DNA from: Campylobacteraceae bacterium
Lineage (GTDB): Bacteria; Campylobacterota; Campylobacteria; Campylobacterales; Sulfurovaceae
Assembly (NCBI GenBank): GCA_027080995.1
Contig: JALWNT010000039.1
Coordinates: 72,689 to 136,688, forward strand
Direction of reading: 5' to 3'
Length of the DNA: 64,000 nucleotides
Positions 49,533 through 58,675 of this stretch are shown piece by piece. The notes under the pieces were generated by a model. It did no database searches. It saw nothing but the letters and a program-made list of their open reading frames with translations, and had not been told where the DNA came from. Position numbers and translations under genes: made by a program. Numbering within the stretch: position 1 is the first letter of the stretch; each line of letters starts with the position of its first letter.

Positions 49533-51260
49533 TTGAAAGATCTCAAAGTAGTCTTTCGACGGTTGGTCTTGCCGTATTGGCATGATTACGTTCCCTATTT
49601 TGCTCTGGCGATCTTCGGGACGATCCTCTCGGCGGTCGGTGCCTCCGCTTCCGCCTATCTGGTCAAACCGGTTCTGGACAAGATCTTTATCGCCAAAAAT
49701 GAGCAGGCATTGCATCTGCTTCCTTACGCCATCATCCTCGTCTATGCGATGAAGGGGGTGGGCAAATACATTCAGGTCTACTACTCCGCCTACATCGGCC
49801 AGGACATCATCCGCCGAGTTCGAAACGAAATGCTGGAGCGGATCCTCTCTTTGGATCTGGGATTTTTCCACCGCTTCCGTTCGGGGGAGTTGATCAGCCG
49901 CAACATCAACGACGTAGGACAGATCCGCAACATCGTCTCCACGATGCTCCCGGAGTTGGCCCGACAGATCTTGATCTCTCTAGGGTTACTTGGGGTAGTG
50001 ATCTATCAGAGTCCCAAACTCGCCTTTTTCGCCCTCGTAGGCCTTCCGCTGGTGGTCCTACCGCTGCGCCTCATCGCCAAGAAACTCAAAAAACTCTCCC
50101 ACCGTTCGCAGGAGAAGACTTCGGATATCACCTCGCGCTTGACGGAAATTTTCAACAACATCGAAATCATCAAAGCGCGATCTGCCGAATCTTTTGAACA
50201 CGAAAAGTTCGCCAAAGAGAACCGTGATTATTTCGATCTGAACATGAAAACGGTCAAAACCTCCCAATTGACCGATCCGCTCATGGAGACGATGGGTGCA
50301 GCCGGAGCGGCATTGGTGATTGTAGTCGGAGGACATCAGGTGATCAACGACGAGATGACCGTGGGGAGTTTTTTCTCTTTTCTGACGGCGCTCTTTATGC
50401 TCTATACGCCGATCAAGAGGATCACTTCGATCTACAATCAGCTCCAAAACGCCCTGGCCGCCAGTGAGCGAATCCTCTTTCTCCTCGATCAGAAGCCGAC
50501 GATCATCGCCCAGGGCGATGAGAGAGTCGGCAAAGCCGAAACTCTGAGCTTTCGGGATGTACATTTGAGTTACGGAGAAAAAGAGGCTCTCAAAGGAGTC
50601 AGCTTCACGGTGAAAAAAGGAGAAAAACTGGCTCTAGTCGGTGACAGCGGCGGCGGAAAGAGTTCGATCGTCAATCTCATCGTCCGCTTTTTCGATCCCG
50701 ATTCGGGTGAAATTCTGCTCGATGGGATCCCCCTACAGAATTACCGACTCGATAGTTTGCGGGATGCGATCTCCATCGTGACGCAGCGGGTCTATATCTT
50801 CAACGACACCGTCGCCGCCAACGTAGCCTACGGCAAGGCAATCGACGAAGAGCGGGTCATCCGGGCTCTGAAAGAGGCCAACGCCTGGGAGTTCGTCGAA
50901 GAGATGGGCGGGATCTACACCCCGCTGCGCGAGCACGGGGCCAACCTCTCGGGAGGGCAACGGCAGAGGATCGCCATCGCTCGGGCGCTCTACGTCGATC
51001 CGAAGATCGTCATCTTCGACGAAGCGACCAGTGCACTCGATACCCAAAGCGAACGACGGATCGTCGAAGCGATCGAGCGGATCTCTCGCGAGCGGATCAC
51101 GATCCTTATCGCCCACCGTCTCAGCACGGTGGAGCATGCCGACCGTATCGCAGTCATCAAAGGGGGAGAGATCCTCTGCCTCGATCGGGCCGAGGTGCTC
51201 CAGCGTGACTGCGCCGAATATCGTCGCCTCATCGGTGAACTGCGCGATGCCGAACATTGA
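49533..51260 (+). CDS. msbA: ABC lipid A/lipid exporter (MsbA-like, fused TMD-NBD)
   Basis: TTG start after a GGAGAGAG RBS. It has a six-TM domain followed by an NBD with GDSGGGKSS, LSGGQRQRIAIARAL and IVIFDEATSALD. Confidence 0.8.
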   Translation: MKDLKVVFRRLVLPYWHDYVPYFALAIFGTILSAVGASASAYLVKPVLDKIFIAKNEQALHLLPYAIILVYAMKGVGKYIQVYYSAYIGQDIIRRVRNEMLERILSLDLGFFHRFRSGELISRNINDVGQIRNIVSTMLPELARQILISLGLLGVVIYQSPKLAFFALVGLPLVVLPLRLIAKKLKKLSHRSQEKTSDITSRLTEIFNNIEIIKARSAESFEHEKFAKENRDYFDLNMKTVKTSQLTDPLMETMGAAGAALVIVVGGHQVINDEMTVGSFFSFLTALFMLYTPIKRITSIYNQLQNALAASERILFLLDQKPTIIAQGDERVGKAETLSFRDVHLSYGEKEALKGVSFTVKKGEKLALVGDSGGGKSSIVNLIVRFFDPDSGEILLDGIPLQNYRLDSLRDAISIVTQRVYIFNDTVAANVAYGKAIDEERVIRALKEANAWEFVEEMGGIYTPLREHGANLSGGQRQRIAIARALYVDPKIVIFDEATSALDTQSERRIVEAIERISRERITILIAHRLSTVEHADRIAVIKGGEILCLDRAEVLQRDCAEYRRLIGELRDAEH

Positions 51261-52014
51261 GTTCGAAAAAGCTGCCCGAGAGGCCGCTCGCACAGCACCC
51301 GGGAAAGAGGTCTTTCCTTTCGATTTTGAGGGAAAACGCTACTGGATCAAACGGGCCCGCCCGACGGGATCCAATCTCCTGCATCACGCGGCCTGGCGTG
51401 CGACGAAACTCCCGCTGCTGGTCCCCGCAGTACGACAGAGCGCCTCCGAGGCGCTGCGGCACGAAAGCTCCAAACTCCGACGTCTTGCCGACCGGGGGAT
51501 TTGTGTCCCCGCGGTCGAGTTGGTGACGGAGGAGTATTTCGTCATGGAGGACAACGGTACAAGTCTGCGAAAGATCCTGCGCGAAGGGAGGGAGGATGAT
51601 CTCTCCCGACAGCTCTATCGGGAACTTTTCGAAACCTTGGGGAGGCTGCACAGCATAGGCGAGTACCACGGCGGCTCCCAGTTGCGCAATTTCAATTACC
51701 GGGGAGGGAACATCGCCTTTCTCGACTTTGAAGAGAAGTTTCCCGAGTCGATTCCTCTAAAGATACTGCAGTTTCGCGACCTTTTCCTTCTGCTCTTTTC
51801 CCTGGTCAAAGATCGTCACCCCCTCGACTATTCCGAAGCGATCGGCCACTATGTGCGTAGCAGCGGCAACGACTGGGTTGTGGACGAGCTCAAAAAACTC
51901 ACCGAAAAGACACGCGCTCTCGAGGCGTTGGTTCGCTTCCCTCCGCTCTGGAAGATTCTCGACAAAGACAGCAAAGCGACCTACCGGATGATTCAGGAGA
52001 TCAGAAAGATTTAG
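51247..52014 (+). CDS. Lipopolysaccharide-kinase-like (Kdo/WaaP/InaA, RIO-like fold) protein, atypical catalytic loop
   Basis: The ATG overlaps the msbA stop by 14 nt. Motifs are GKRYWIKRARP, FVMEDNG and LDFEE. The catalytic loop reads YHGGSQLRNF instead of HGDxxxxN. Confidence 0.7.
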   Translation: MPNIEFEKAAREAARTAPGKEVFPFDFEGKRYWIKRARPTGSNLLHHAAWRATKLPLLVPAVRQSASEALRHESSKLRRLADRGICVPAVELVTEEYFVMEDNGTSLRKILREGREDDLSRQLYRELFETLGRLHSIGEYHGGSQLRNFNYRGGNIAFLDFEEKFPESIPLKILQFRDLFLLLFSLVKDRHPLDYSEAIGHYVRSSGNDWVVDELKKLTEKTRALEALVRFPPLWKILDKDSKATYRMIQEIRKI

Positions 52015-52020
52015 GGCATC

Positions 52021-52157
52021 GTTATTCGTGCTTCGCTATTCGTTGTTTGTATTTTTTCTTATTGCCAACGTCACTGTTGGGAGTGTAGCCAATAATACCC
52101 GAAATCTCTGACTATGAAGTACGAAACACATATGACGAATAGCGAACGTCGAAGATC
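52021..52157. repeat. Inverted pair of 7-nt-periodic arrays flanking a central hairpin
   Basis: The left array is GTTATTC GTGCTTC GCTATTC GTTGTTT GTATTTT (52021-52055). The right array is GAAGTAC GAAACAC ATATGAC GAATAGC GAACGTC GAAGATC (52116-52157), which is the reverse-complement word type. CGCTATTCGT / ACGAATAGCG form a perfect 10-bp inverted repeat. The centre contains CCAAC-gtcact-GTTGG. Confidence 0.7.
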
Positions 52158-52162
52158 GATCC

Positions 52163-52948
52163 CTATCTCCGAATACTTTTGAAGAGACGGTGGAGGATCT
52201 CCGCGTCGCTGCCGAGACGGTGACGGATCCCGTCGACGGCGACGAGGCGGGCGATCCAGGAGAATCGTCGGTAGAGGCGGTGAAGTTCGAATGCGAAATC
52301 GTCGTTTCCGCTGCTGCGCATGTATCTCTCGATCAGCCGGGGATAATCGGTTTCGGTGCGTTGGCGGTGCAGTGAGTAGAGGAGGAGAAAGAGATCGCGA
52401 AACTGCAAGGAGCGCAACGAAGCGGTGGAGGGGAAACTCTCTTCGAAATCGATGATGCTTACGGTTCCGTTCGAATCAAGGACAAAGTTTCGGATCTGGG
52501 AAGCCCCGTGGTACTCTCCGGCTCGGTGCAGCGCTCCCAGGGCATCGACGCATTTTCCCAGCAGCATCTCCCTTTCGTCGGAAGAGGCGGATTTGAGGCG
52601 ATCGGCCAGGGATTCGCCCCGATCCTCCATGACGAAAAAATCGGGGAAGATCCAACAGACCGGAGGGACGGGGAGGCCGGCTTCGTGGAGTCTTTGGAGT
52701 TTCTGCGCTTCGAAGAGGACACTCTGTCGGGGATCTTTGGCTTCGACGGGGTGTAGGAAGGGAAGGCCGCTGAGACGATAGCCCAGGGCATGGATCTTCG
52801 TCGAACCGGTGGGACGTCCATGCTTGATCCAGTACCCTTTTCCATCGGCTTCCCAGCGAAAGATTTCAGATCCGGCGTTTTGAGCGATCGCTTCGTCGAT
52901 CCAGGAGGGGGGGTGAACTTTTTTTCTCTTTTTATCTTGCCGGTTCAT
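52163..52948 (-). CDS. Lipopolysaccharide-kinase-like protein, paralogue of 51247-52014, atypical catalytic loop
   Basis: The start is set at MNRQDKKRKK. Motifs are GKGYWIKHGRP, FVMEDRG and IDFEE. The loop reads YHGASQIRNF. Confidence 0.7.
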   Translation of the reverse strand: MNRQDKKRKKVHPPSWIDEAIAQNAGSEIFRWEADGKGYWIKHGRPTGSTKIHALGYRLSGLPFLHPVEAKDPRQSVLFEAQKLQRLHEAGLPVPPVCWIFPDFFVMEDRGESLADRLKSASSDEREMLLGKCVDALGALHRAGEYHGASQIRNFVLDSNGTVSIIDFEESFPSTASLRSLQFRDLFLLLYSLHRQRTETDYPRLIERYMRSSGNDDFAFELHRLYRRFSWIARLVAVDGIRHRLGSDAEILHRLFKSIRR

Positions 52949-52998
52949 GGGGATATCTCCTTCAAAATCGCTGCGCATATTTGCAGAGCATCTTATGT

Positions 52999-54537
52999 TC
53001 AATAATCTCTTGCTACCTTGTAGTCGGGGTCGTCCTCTTCCTGGGTGATGTTGGCCTGGGCCCGCTTGAGGACGGCTTTACAGTCGTCGCTGAGGTGGCG
53101 GAGGGTAAGCTTTTTGCCGGCTTTGGCGTAGCGCTGGGTCAGTTTCTCGATCGCCTCGACTCCGGAGGAGTCCATAACTCTGGCATTTTTGAAGTCGATG
53201 ACGACCACCTTGGGGTCGTTCTCCACATCGAAGGTATCGTGAAAGGATTGCACCGAACCGAAAAAGAGCGGGCCGGAGAGTTCGTAGAGCTTTGCTTGGC
53301 GCCCAAGCGGCCGACTGTGGGCGTAGATGCGGGCGTGTTTCCAGGCGAAGACCAACGCGGAGATGATGACGCCGATGATCACCGCGACGGCCAGATCAAA
53401 GAAGATCGTCACGATCGTCACGACCAGCATGACAAAGGCGTCTTCGGGGGGCATCTTTTTGAGGTGGCCGAAGCTGCTCCACTCGAAGGTGCCGATGCTC
53501 ACCATAAACATAATGCCCACCAGGACACCGACGGGGATGACGTTGAGCAGGTCGGTCAGGGAGGCGACGAGGACCATCAGGCCGATGGCGGCGGTGGCGG
53601 AGGAGAGGCGTCCGAGGCCTCCGGAGGTGAAGTTGATGATCGATTGGCCGATCATGGCGCAGCCGGGCATCGCGCCGAAGAAACCGCAGGTGACGTTGCC
53701 CACCCCCTGGGCGATGCACTCTTTGTTGCCGCTGCCACGGGTACCGCTCATCTCATCGAGGACCGCCAGGGTCAGCAGGGATTCGATGAGGCCGACGAGG
53801 GCAACGATCACGGCGTAGGGGGCGACCATCTTCAGCGCTTCCCAGCTGAAAAGCGTCGGCGGGACGTGGAAGGAGGGGAGCTGCCCCTTGAACTCGCTGA
53901 GGTTGGCCAGGTCGCCGATGAGCAAAGTGTGGATGTGGCCGAAGTAGACGACAAGAGTCAGGAGCACGATGGCGACGAGGCCCGCGGGGACGGCTTTGGT
54001 ATAGCGGGGGAGCCAAACCATGATCGCCATCGTGACGGCGACGACCAGATACATCGTCCAGCCCTGCCCGTGGAAGAATTTCAACTGCGCCAGGGCGATG
54101 ACGATCGCCAGGCCGTTGACGAAGCCGTAGATGGCGGGTAGGGGGACGAGACGGATGAATTTGCCGAAACGTAGGATGCCAAAGAGGATCTGGATGATTC
54201 CCGCGACGATCGCGGCGAGGAAGATGTACTGCAGCACACCGATCGCCAGGGCGTCACCGCTGATTCCGGCGTGTTGAAGCATCGCTCCGGCTTCGAGGGC
54301 GAGGCCGACGAGGACGACGGCGACGGAGCCGGTGGCCCCGCTGATCATCCCGGGCTTGCCGCCGAGGATCGCGGTCACGAGACCGAGGATGAAGGCGGTA
54401 TAGAGGCCGACGATGGGGTTGATGCCGACGATGAAGCTGAAAGCGATCGCCTCGGGGACGAGGGCGACGGCGACGACGAGGCCGGAGAGAATATCGTTTT
54501 TGAAATTGTCTCGACTGTAGTTTTTGAGGGTAAACAT
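52999..54537 (-). CDS. SulP family anion permease with C-terminal STAS domain
   Basis: 512 aa. It shows DILSGLVVAVALVPEAIAFS..., multiple TM helices, and a STAS-like C-terminus (VVVIDFKNARVMDSSGVEAIEKL). Confidence 0.92.
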   Translation of the reverse strand: MFTLKNYSRDNFKNDILSGLVVAVALVPEAIAFSFIVGINPIVGLYTAFILGLVTAILGGKPGMISGATGSVAVVLVGLALEAGAMLQHAGISGDALAIGVLQYIFLAAIVAGIIQILFGILRFGKFIRLVPLPAIYGFVNGLAIVIALAQLKFFHGQGWTMYLVVAVTMAIMVWLPRYTKAVPAGLVAIVLLTLVVYFGHIHTLLIGDLANLSEFKGQLPSFHVPPTLFSWEALKMVAPYAVIVALVGLIESLLTLAVLDEMSGTRGSGNKECIAQGVGNVTCGFFGAMPGCAMIGQSIINFTSGGLGRLSSATAAIGLMVLVASLTDLLNVIPVGVLVGIMFMVSIGTFEWSSFGHLKKMPPEDAFVMLVVTIVTIFFDLAVAVIIGVIISALVFAWKHARIYAHSRPLGRQAKLYELSGPLFFGSVQSFHDTFDVENDPKVVVIDFKNARVMDSSGVEAIEKLTQRYAKAGKKLTLRHLSDDCKAVLKRAQANITQEEDDPDYKVARDY

Positions 54538-54687
54538 CGAATGGGTTCCTAATCTTGGTGCTTAAAATCTGCAGGATAAAAATGGAGGGAATTCTACCCA
54601 AAAGCGGCTGCGAAACCGATGCGCCGATTTTCCGGAATTTGATGGGAGATCGGGCCGTTTCGTTGCTACGTTCGGGCTATTTCGCTG

Positions 54688-54696
54688 TGTTATAAT
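54688..54696 (+). promoter_or_regulatory. Extended -10 promoter (TGTTATAAT) for gltA
   Basis: Perfect TGnTATAAT 34 nt upstream of the ATG at 54730. Confidence 0.5.
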
Positions 54697-54729
54697 CGTC
54701 GGCATCCCAAGACGACGAGGAGGTGAGCG

Positions 54730-56013
54730 ATGAGCAAGAGGACAATGACTCTGATCGACAACCGCAACGGAACGAGGTACGACTATCCGATCCTGGAGGG
54801 GACGCGGGGACCCGCGGCGGTGGATATGCGTAGCTTCTACCGTGACAGCGGGATGTTCAGTTACGACCCGGGCTTCACCTCGACGGCCAGCTGCCGTTCC
54901 GAAATCACCTTTATCAACGGAGAAGAAGGGGAGCTCCGCTATCGGGGGATTCCCATCGAAGAGTTGGCCACGGGACACAGCTATCTCGAGGTCTGCCACC
55001 TCCTCCTCGAGGGGGAGCTTCCCACCGACGAAGAGCTAACGGCGCTCGATCTGGAGATCCGCCACCGCTCCTTTCTCCCCGAAGGTTTGGTCAAACTCTT
55101 CGAGACGATGCCCGACAACGCCCATCCGATGTCTTCGCTCAGCGCCGGGGTGACGGCGCTTTCGGCTTTCTACTACGAGCATCTCCAGCTCGAGACCGAC
55201 GACGACTATCGGGCGATGGCCCACCGCATCATCGCCAAGATGCCCACACTGGCGGCTTTCGCCTATCGCCACAGTCTCGGTGCGACCTACATCTATCCGG
55301 ACATCGATCGCAGTTTCACCGAAAATTTCCTCTATATGCTGCGGGCTTACCCGGGCGGCAAAATGCACCGGGACCCCGACGGTCCTCGCGAGATCAAGCC
55401 CATCGAGGTCGCGGCGCTCGATACGATCTTCACCCTCCACGCCGACCACGAGCAAAACGCATCGACGACAGTCGTGCGCAGTGTCGCCTCCACGGGGGCG
55501 CACCCCTACGTGGCGATCTCGTCCGGGATCGCGGCGCTCTGGGGACGGGCTCACGGCGGCGCCAACGAATCGGTCATCGAGCAGCTCAGGATGATCGGCA
55601 GTGTCGACAACGTCGAGAGATACATCGCCAAAGCCAAAGATCCCAAAGATCCTTTCCGTCTGATGGGCTTCGGCCACCGCGTCTACAAAAATTTCGACCC
55701 CAGAGCCCGCATCCTCAAAACCCTCCAAGATCGGTTGCGCGACGAGCTCGATCTTGACAGCGAATTGATGCGTATCGCTCAGCGGATCGAAGAGATCGCC
55801 CTCAACGACGACTATTTCATCCAAAGAAAGCTCTACCCCAACATCGATTTCTATTCGGGGATTATCTTGACCGCTTTGGGTCTGCCGCGTTCGATGTTTA
55901 CCCCGATCTTCGTGATCGGCCGGACCGTCGGCTGGATCAGCCAGTGGATCGAATTCAAAAAATCGCCCGAGTCCAAAATCGCCCGGCCGCGGCAACTCTA
56001 TGTGGGAAAGTGA
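54730..56013 (+). CDS. gltA: Citrate synthase
   Basis: 427 aa. It shows ...TLHADHEQNASTT...GFGHRVYKNFDPRA.... Confidence 0.96.
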   Translation: MSKRTMTLIDNRNGTRYDYPILEGTRGPAAVDMRSFYRDSGMFSYDPGFTSTASCRSEITFINGEEGELRYRGIPIEELATGHSYLEVCHLLLEGELPTDEELTALDLEIRHRSFLPEGLVKLFETMPDNAHPMSSLSAGVTALSAFYYEHLQLETDDDYRAMAHRIIAKMPTLAAFAYRHSLGATYIYPDIDRSFTENFLYMLRAYPGGKMHRDPDGPREIKPIEVAALDTIFTLHADHEQNASTTVVRSVASTGAHPYVAISSGIAALWGRAHGGANESVIEQLRMIGSVDNVERYIAKAKDPKDPFRLMGFGHRVYKNFDPRARILKTLQDRLRDELDLDSELMRIAQRIEEIALNDDYFIQRKLYPNIDFYSGIILTALGLPRSMFTPIFVIGRTVGWISQWIEFKKSPESKIARPRQLYVGK

Positions 56014-56087
56014 AAGGAGAGAGGTGTAATTTGAAAAGAGCCGGAGACGCTTGAGGGGGGCAAACCTACATCTCTTTTGGATGCGAA

Positions 56088-56107
56088 GGAGGGAGGTGTT
56101 TCCCTCC
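56088..56107. terminator. Bidirectional hairpin between the convergent genes (GGAGGGA-ggtgtt-TCCCTCC)
   Basis: 7-bp GC-rich stem in the 106-nt gap. Confidence 0.5.
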
Positions 56108-56119
56108 GTTGGGAGAGAA

Positions 56120-57253
56120 TTAGCGGGCCGGTGTCTGCTCGTCTTCGCCGAGATTGCCTTCGGTGCAGAGGATGACGTCGGTGGTTTTGTCGTGTTTCTG
56201 GACGCAGTCGTTGGTGGCTTTGAGGTAGGTGATCTCCTGCGTGAGTGACTCGAGTATCTTGGCCCTCTTCACGTCATCGAAACGTTTGAAATCGAAGTTT
56301 TCGGTCCGATCACCCAGCTCCTCATCGATGCGGTTGACGGGTTGGACGCACTTTTGGGCCTCTTGACCGTTTTGGGCTTTTTCGATGCAGCGCTTGGCTT
56401 TGTCAAGGGCGACCAGAAGCTTGGGCAGAAGGCGTTTCTGCTTTTTGAGATAGCGGGCGCCGAGGGTGTTGATGACCGCTTTCTCCTGCTCGGGGGTAAG
56501 AGTGGAGTTTTCGTCGTTGGGATTGATGCCGAGACTCTTCATCTTGGCGCGTAGATCATGGATCGAGGCGATGTAATCTTCGGTGCGGGTCTCCGCGGCG
56601 GCGTTGGAGGTATAATCCTGATCGATGATGACAGGATAGTCAGGCAGTTTGAACTGCTCTTCGGGAATGGGACGGTTTAGCACTACCTGCACCGCTTTGC
56701 GTTCGCTGTGGAAGCCCGGTCCGTCGACGACGATGCGCAATGGGATCCCTTTGTAGAGGCAGATCGATTGATCTTTGACTTTCCAAATCCGGCAGGGGAA
56801 ACCGGCGACGGTGTCGTTGCCGTCTTTGATCCCTTTCATCTCTTTGATCAGATTGATGCTTTCGTTGGAGAGGTCTTCACCCTGGGCGATCGAGAGATCG
56901 AGGGAACGGTCACGGGTCTTGTAGATCGTATGGTCGTCAAAATCGACGGTATAAATCGTTCCGTTGTCCTGTTTGCTCATCGTGTGGCGGTCATGGGTTT
57001 CGTTGTAGTCGCCGGTCTGCACTTCGGTCGCATCCTCTTCTTTGACTTCGCGGGCGCCCCAACGATCGAAGATCAGACGGGCGATTCCGGTGGTGTGTGT
57101 GGAAAACCCCCGGCTGTGGCCCGTCGTATTGATGTCGTAATAGATGATTCCCGATTCGACGGGATAGCGCTTGAAAACCTTTTTTGCCCAGAGGGATTGG
57201 GTGCCGGCGAGCAGTGCGATCAAAGCGATTTTCGAATACATACTTTTTCCCAT
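56120..57253 (-). CDS. Secreted protein of unknown function; paralogue of 7143-8147
   Basis: The start is set at MGKSMYSKIALIALLAGTQSLWA, with an AGGAA RBS. It shares the blocks FKRYPVESGIIYYDI, ARLIFDRWGAREVKEE, GNDTVAGFPCRIWKV..CLYKGIPLRIVVD and FKLPDYPV. Confidence 0.7.
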   Translation of the reverse strand: MGKSMYSKIALIALLAGTQSLWAKKVFKRYPVESGIIYYDINTTGHSRGFSTHTTGIARLIFDRWGAREVKEEDATEVQTGDYNETHDRHTMSKQDNGTIYTVDFDDHTIYKTRDRSLDLSIAQGEDLSNESINLIKEMKGIKDGNDTVAGFPCRIWKVKDQSICLYKGIPLRIVVDGPGFHSERKAVQVVLNRPIPEEQFKLPDYPVIIDQDYTSNAAAETRTEDYIASIHDLRAKMKSLGINPNDENSTLTPEQEKAVINTLGARYLKKQKRLLPKLLVALDKAKRCIEKAQNGQEAQKCVQPVNRIDEELGDRTENFDFKRFDDVKRAKILESLTQEITYLKATNDCVQKHDKTTDVILCTEGNLGEDEQTPAR

Positions 57254-57281
57254 ACTTATATTCCTAAACAGATTGTTAACA

Positions 57282-57290
57282 ATTATAGCA
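57282..57290 (-). promoter_or_regulatory. Extended -10 promoter (TGCTATAAT on the minus strand) for 56120-57253
   Basis: The reverse complement of 57282-57290 reads TGCTATAAT, 29 nt upstream of the ATG at 57253. Confidence 0.45.
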
Positions 57291-57324
57291 CATCTTATTA
57301 ACGATTGGGAAGAGAAGGAGTCAA

Positions 57325-57606
57325 TCAAGATGTTTCTAAAATGAAAAGTTCCTTTTTTATTTTGTCGAGGTTGAGTTTTTTCTCGAGAGATTCGTGCAGT
57401 TCCCTGTATCGGTTTTCGTCGAGGCGCAATGTATGCATTAATGTTTTGCGATCAGGTTCTCCTTCGATTTCAGCGAAAAGAATTTTGTATTCCTTTTTGG
57501 TCAAGCGACGTTTGAGGACCAGTTTGAGTTCTGTTTCGGAGCGAAAATGTCCGATGCGTTTACGGATCATTTTGGTCAAGGTCTCGGCGATCGGGGATTG
57601 GGGCAT
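57325..57606 (-). CDS. Small basic protein (93 aa), possible LuxR/sigma-70-region-4-like HTH
   Basis: LTKKEYKILFAEIEGEPDRKTLMHTLRLDENRYRELHESLEKKL has the spacing of LTxRExxVLxLxxxG...TVKxHxxxIxxKL. This is a weak call based on pattern only. Confidence 0.4.
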   Translation of the reverse strand: MPQSPIAETLTKMIRKRIGHFRSETELKLVLKRRLTKKEYKILFAEIEGEPDRKTLMHTLRLDENRYRELHESLEKKLNLDKIKKELFILETS

Positions 57607-57671
57607 TGTTTCTCCTTGCTCTCGGGGGATGAAATTGAGTATTGTACGGGATCATAGCATAGGAGCGTACG

Positions 57672-58094
57672 ATGGGATACATGCAGTGGTACGAAGAGTT
57701 CGCCGCAAAGCATCGGGCAATCGTGGAGAGACTTGAAAGCTTGAGTGATGAAGAAATAGTGGCCTATTTTGACTATGACAATATGCGTAAGCGGCATCCG
57801 GACTTTTGTCCTCTTTATGCCGAAGGGAGAAAATGTCATGATATCGAAGAACTTAACTGCTATCTCTGTGCCTGTCCTCTGTTTCGCTTTTGTGATACAG
57901 GCATCGATAGGATCGGTGAGAAGATCCGCTACAGCCTTTGTGCTGTCGGTTCTCGATGGAGTACGAGAGCCGAAACTGAAACAGCGATTCATCAGGATTG
58001 TTCAAACTGCCCTCTACCGCATCGACGTAGCTTCATCAAAAAGTATTTTGATAGGAATTGGCAAAAGATCATGCGTGAAGAGAAAGAAAAGTGA
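57672..58094 (+). CDS. Cysteine-rich small-domain protein (CRSD-like)
   Basis: 140 aa with clustered Cys residues (FCPLYAEGRKCHDIEELNCYLCACPLFRFC ... CSNCPLPH). Confidence 0.5.
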   Translation: MGYMQWYEEFAAKHRAIVERLESLSDEEIVAYFDYDNMRKRHPDFCPLYAEGRKCHDIEELNCYLCACPLFRFCDTGIDRIGEKIRYSLCAVGSRWSTRAETETAIHQDCSNCPLPHRRSFIKKYFDRNWQKIMREEKEK

Positions 58095-58201
58095 TGAAAA
58101 CGTAGTGAGTAAAAAATTGGAAAAAAGAGGGAGAAAATATAGAAAATGTTATGCAAAGGGATGCGACGACTTCTTCAGTCATCGCAGGGATTGTACAGGA
58201 C

Positions 58202-58420
58202 TTAGAGAGCGGTAACGTTCTCTGCCTGGGGACCCTTCATGCCTTCTCCGATTTCGAAAGTCACTTTTTGGCCTTCGTAGAGAGAGACGCGTCCGCCGGT
58301 GGGGTTGTTAACCTGACGGAAGTGAACAAAAACATCGTTTCCACCGTTGTCCTGCTGAATGAAACCGTAACCTTTTTCGTCGTTGAACCATTTGACGGTT
58401 CCGTGATGCAATTCTGCCAT
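58202..58420 (-). CDS. cspA: Cold-shock protein (CspA family)
   Basis: It carries the RNP1/RNP2 motifs [15 protein letters not shown] and VFVHF. The start is set at MAELHHG. Confidence 0.95.
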   Translation of the reverse strand: MAELHHGTVKWFNDEKGYGFIQQDNGGNDVFVHFRQVNNPTGGRVSLYEGQKVTFEIGEGMKGPQAENVTAL

Positions 58421-58568
58421 GATAATACCTTTTAGTATTGAAATTACACTCAATGAGCGGAATCAAAATGTCGGGGAGTCTTCAGGGTCTAGCGGAGTAA
58501 CAATGTAAGAATCGTAACACACGTAACACACTAAAGATGAACTCGAACCTCATCTTTCTTCGAGAGCC

Positions 58569-58597
58569 ATTATAGCTGCTTCATGTAGAGATTGCAA
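58569..58597 (-). promoter_or_regulatory. Sigma-70-type promoter for cspA (TTGCAA-17 nt-TATAAT on the minus strand)
   Basis: The reverse complement reads TTGCAATCTCTACATGAAGCAGCTATAAT. It implies a 5' UTR of about 140 nt, as is usual for csp genes. Confidence 0.55.
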
Positions 58598-58675
58598 GGC
58601 TTTTCGACGGAAAAGCTAAACTTTTTTCAAAGGGAGCATTTTTCTTGATCACACATGGGTGTGCTCTCCATTCGG

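Noticed and set aside
52981-54141. 386-aa plus-strand ORF opposite the SulP permease
   Set aside because: It has Asp/Gly/His/Glu-rich low-complexity composition, while the minus-strand SulP/STAS gene is clear.
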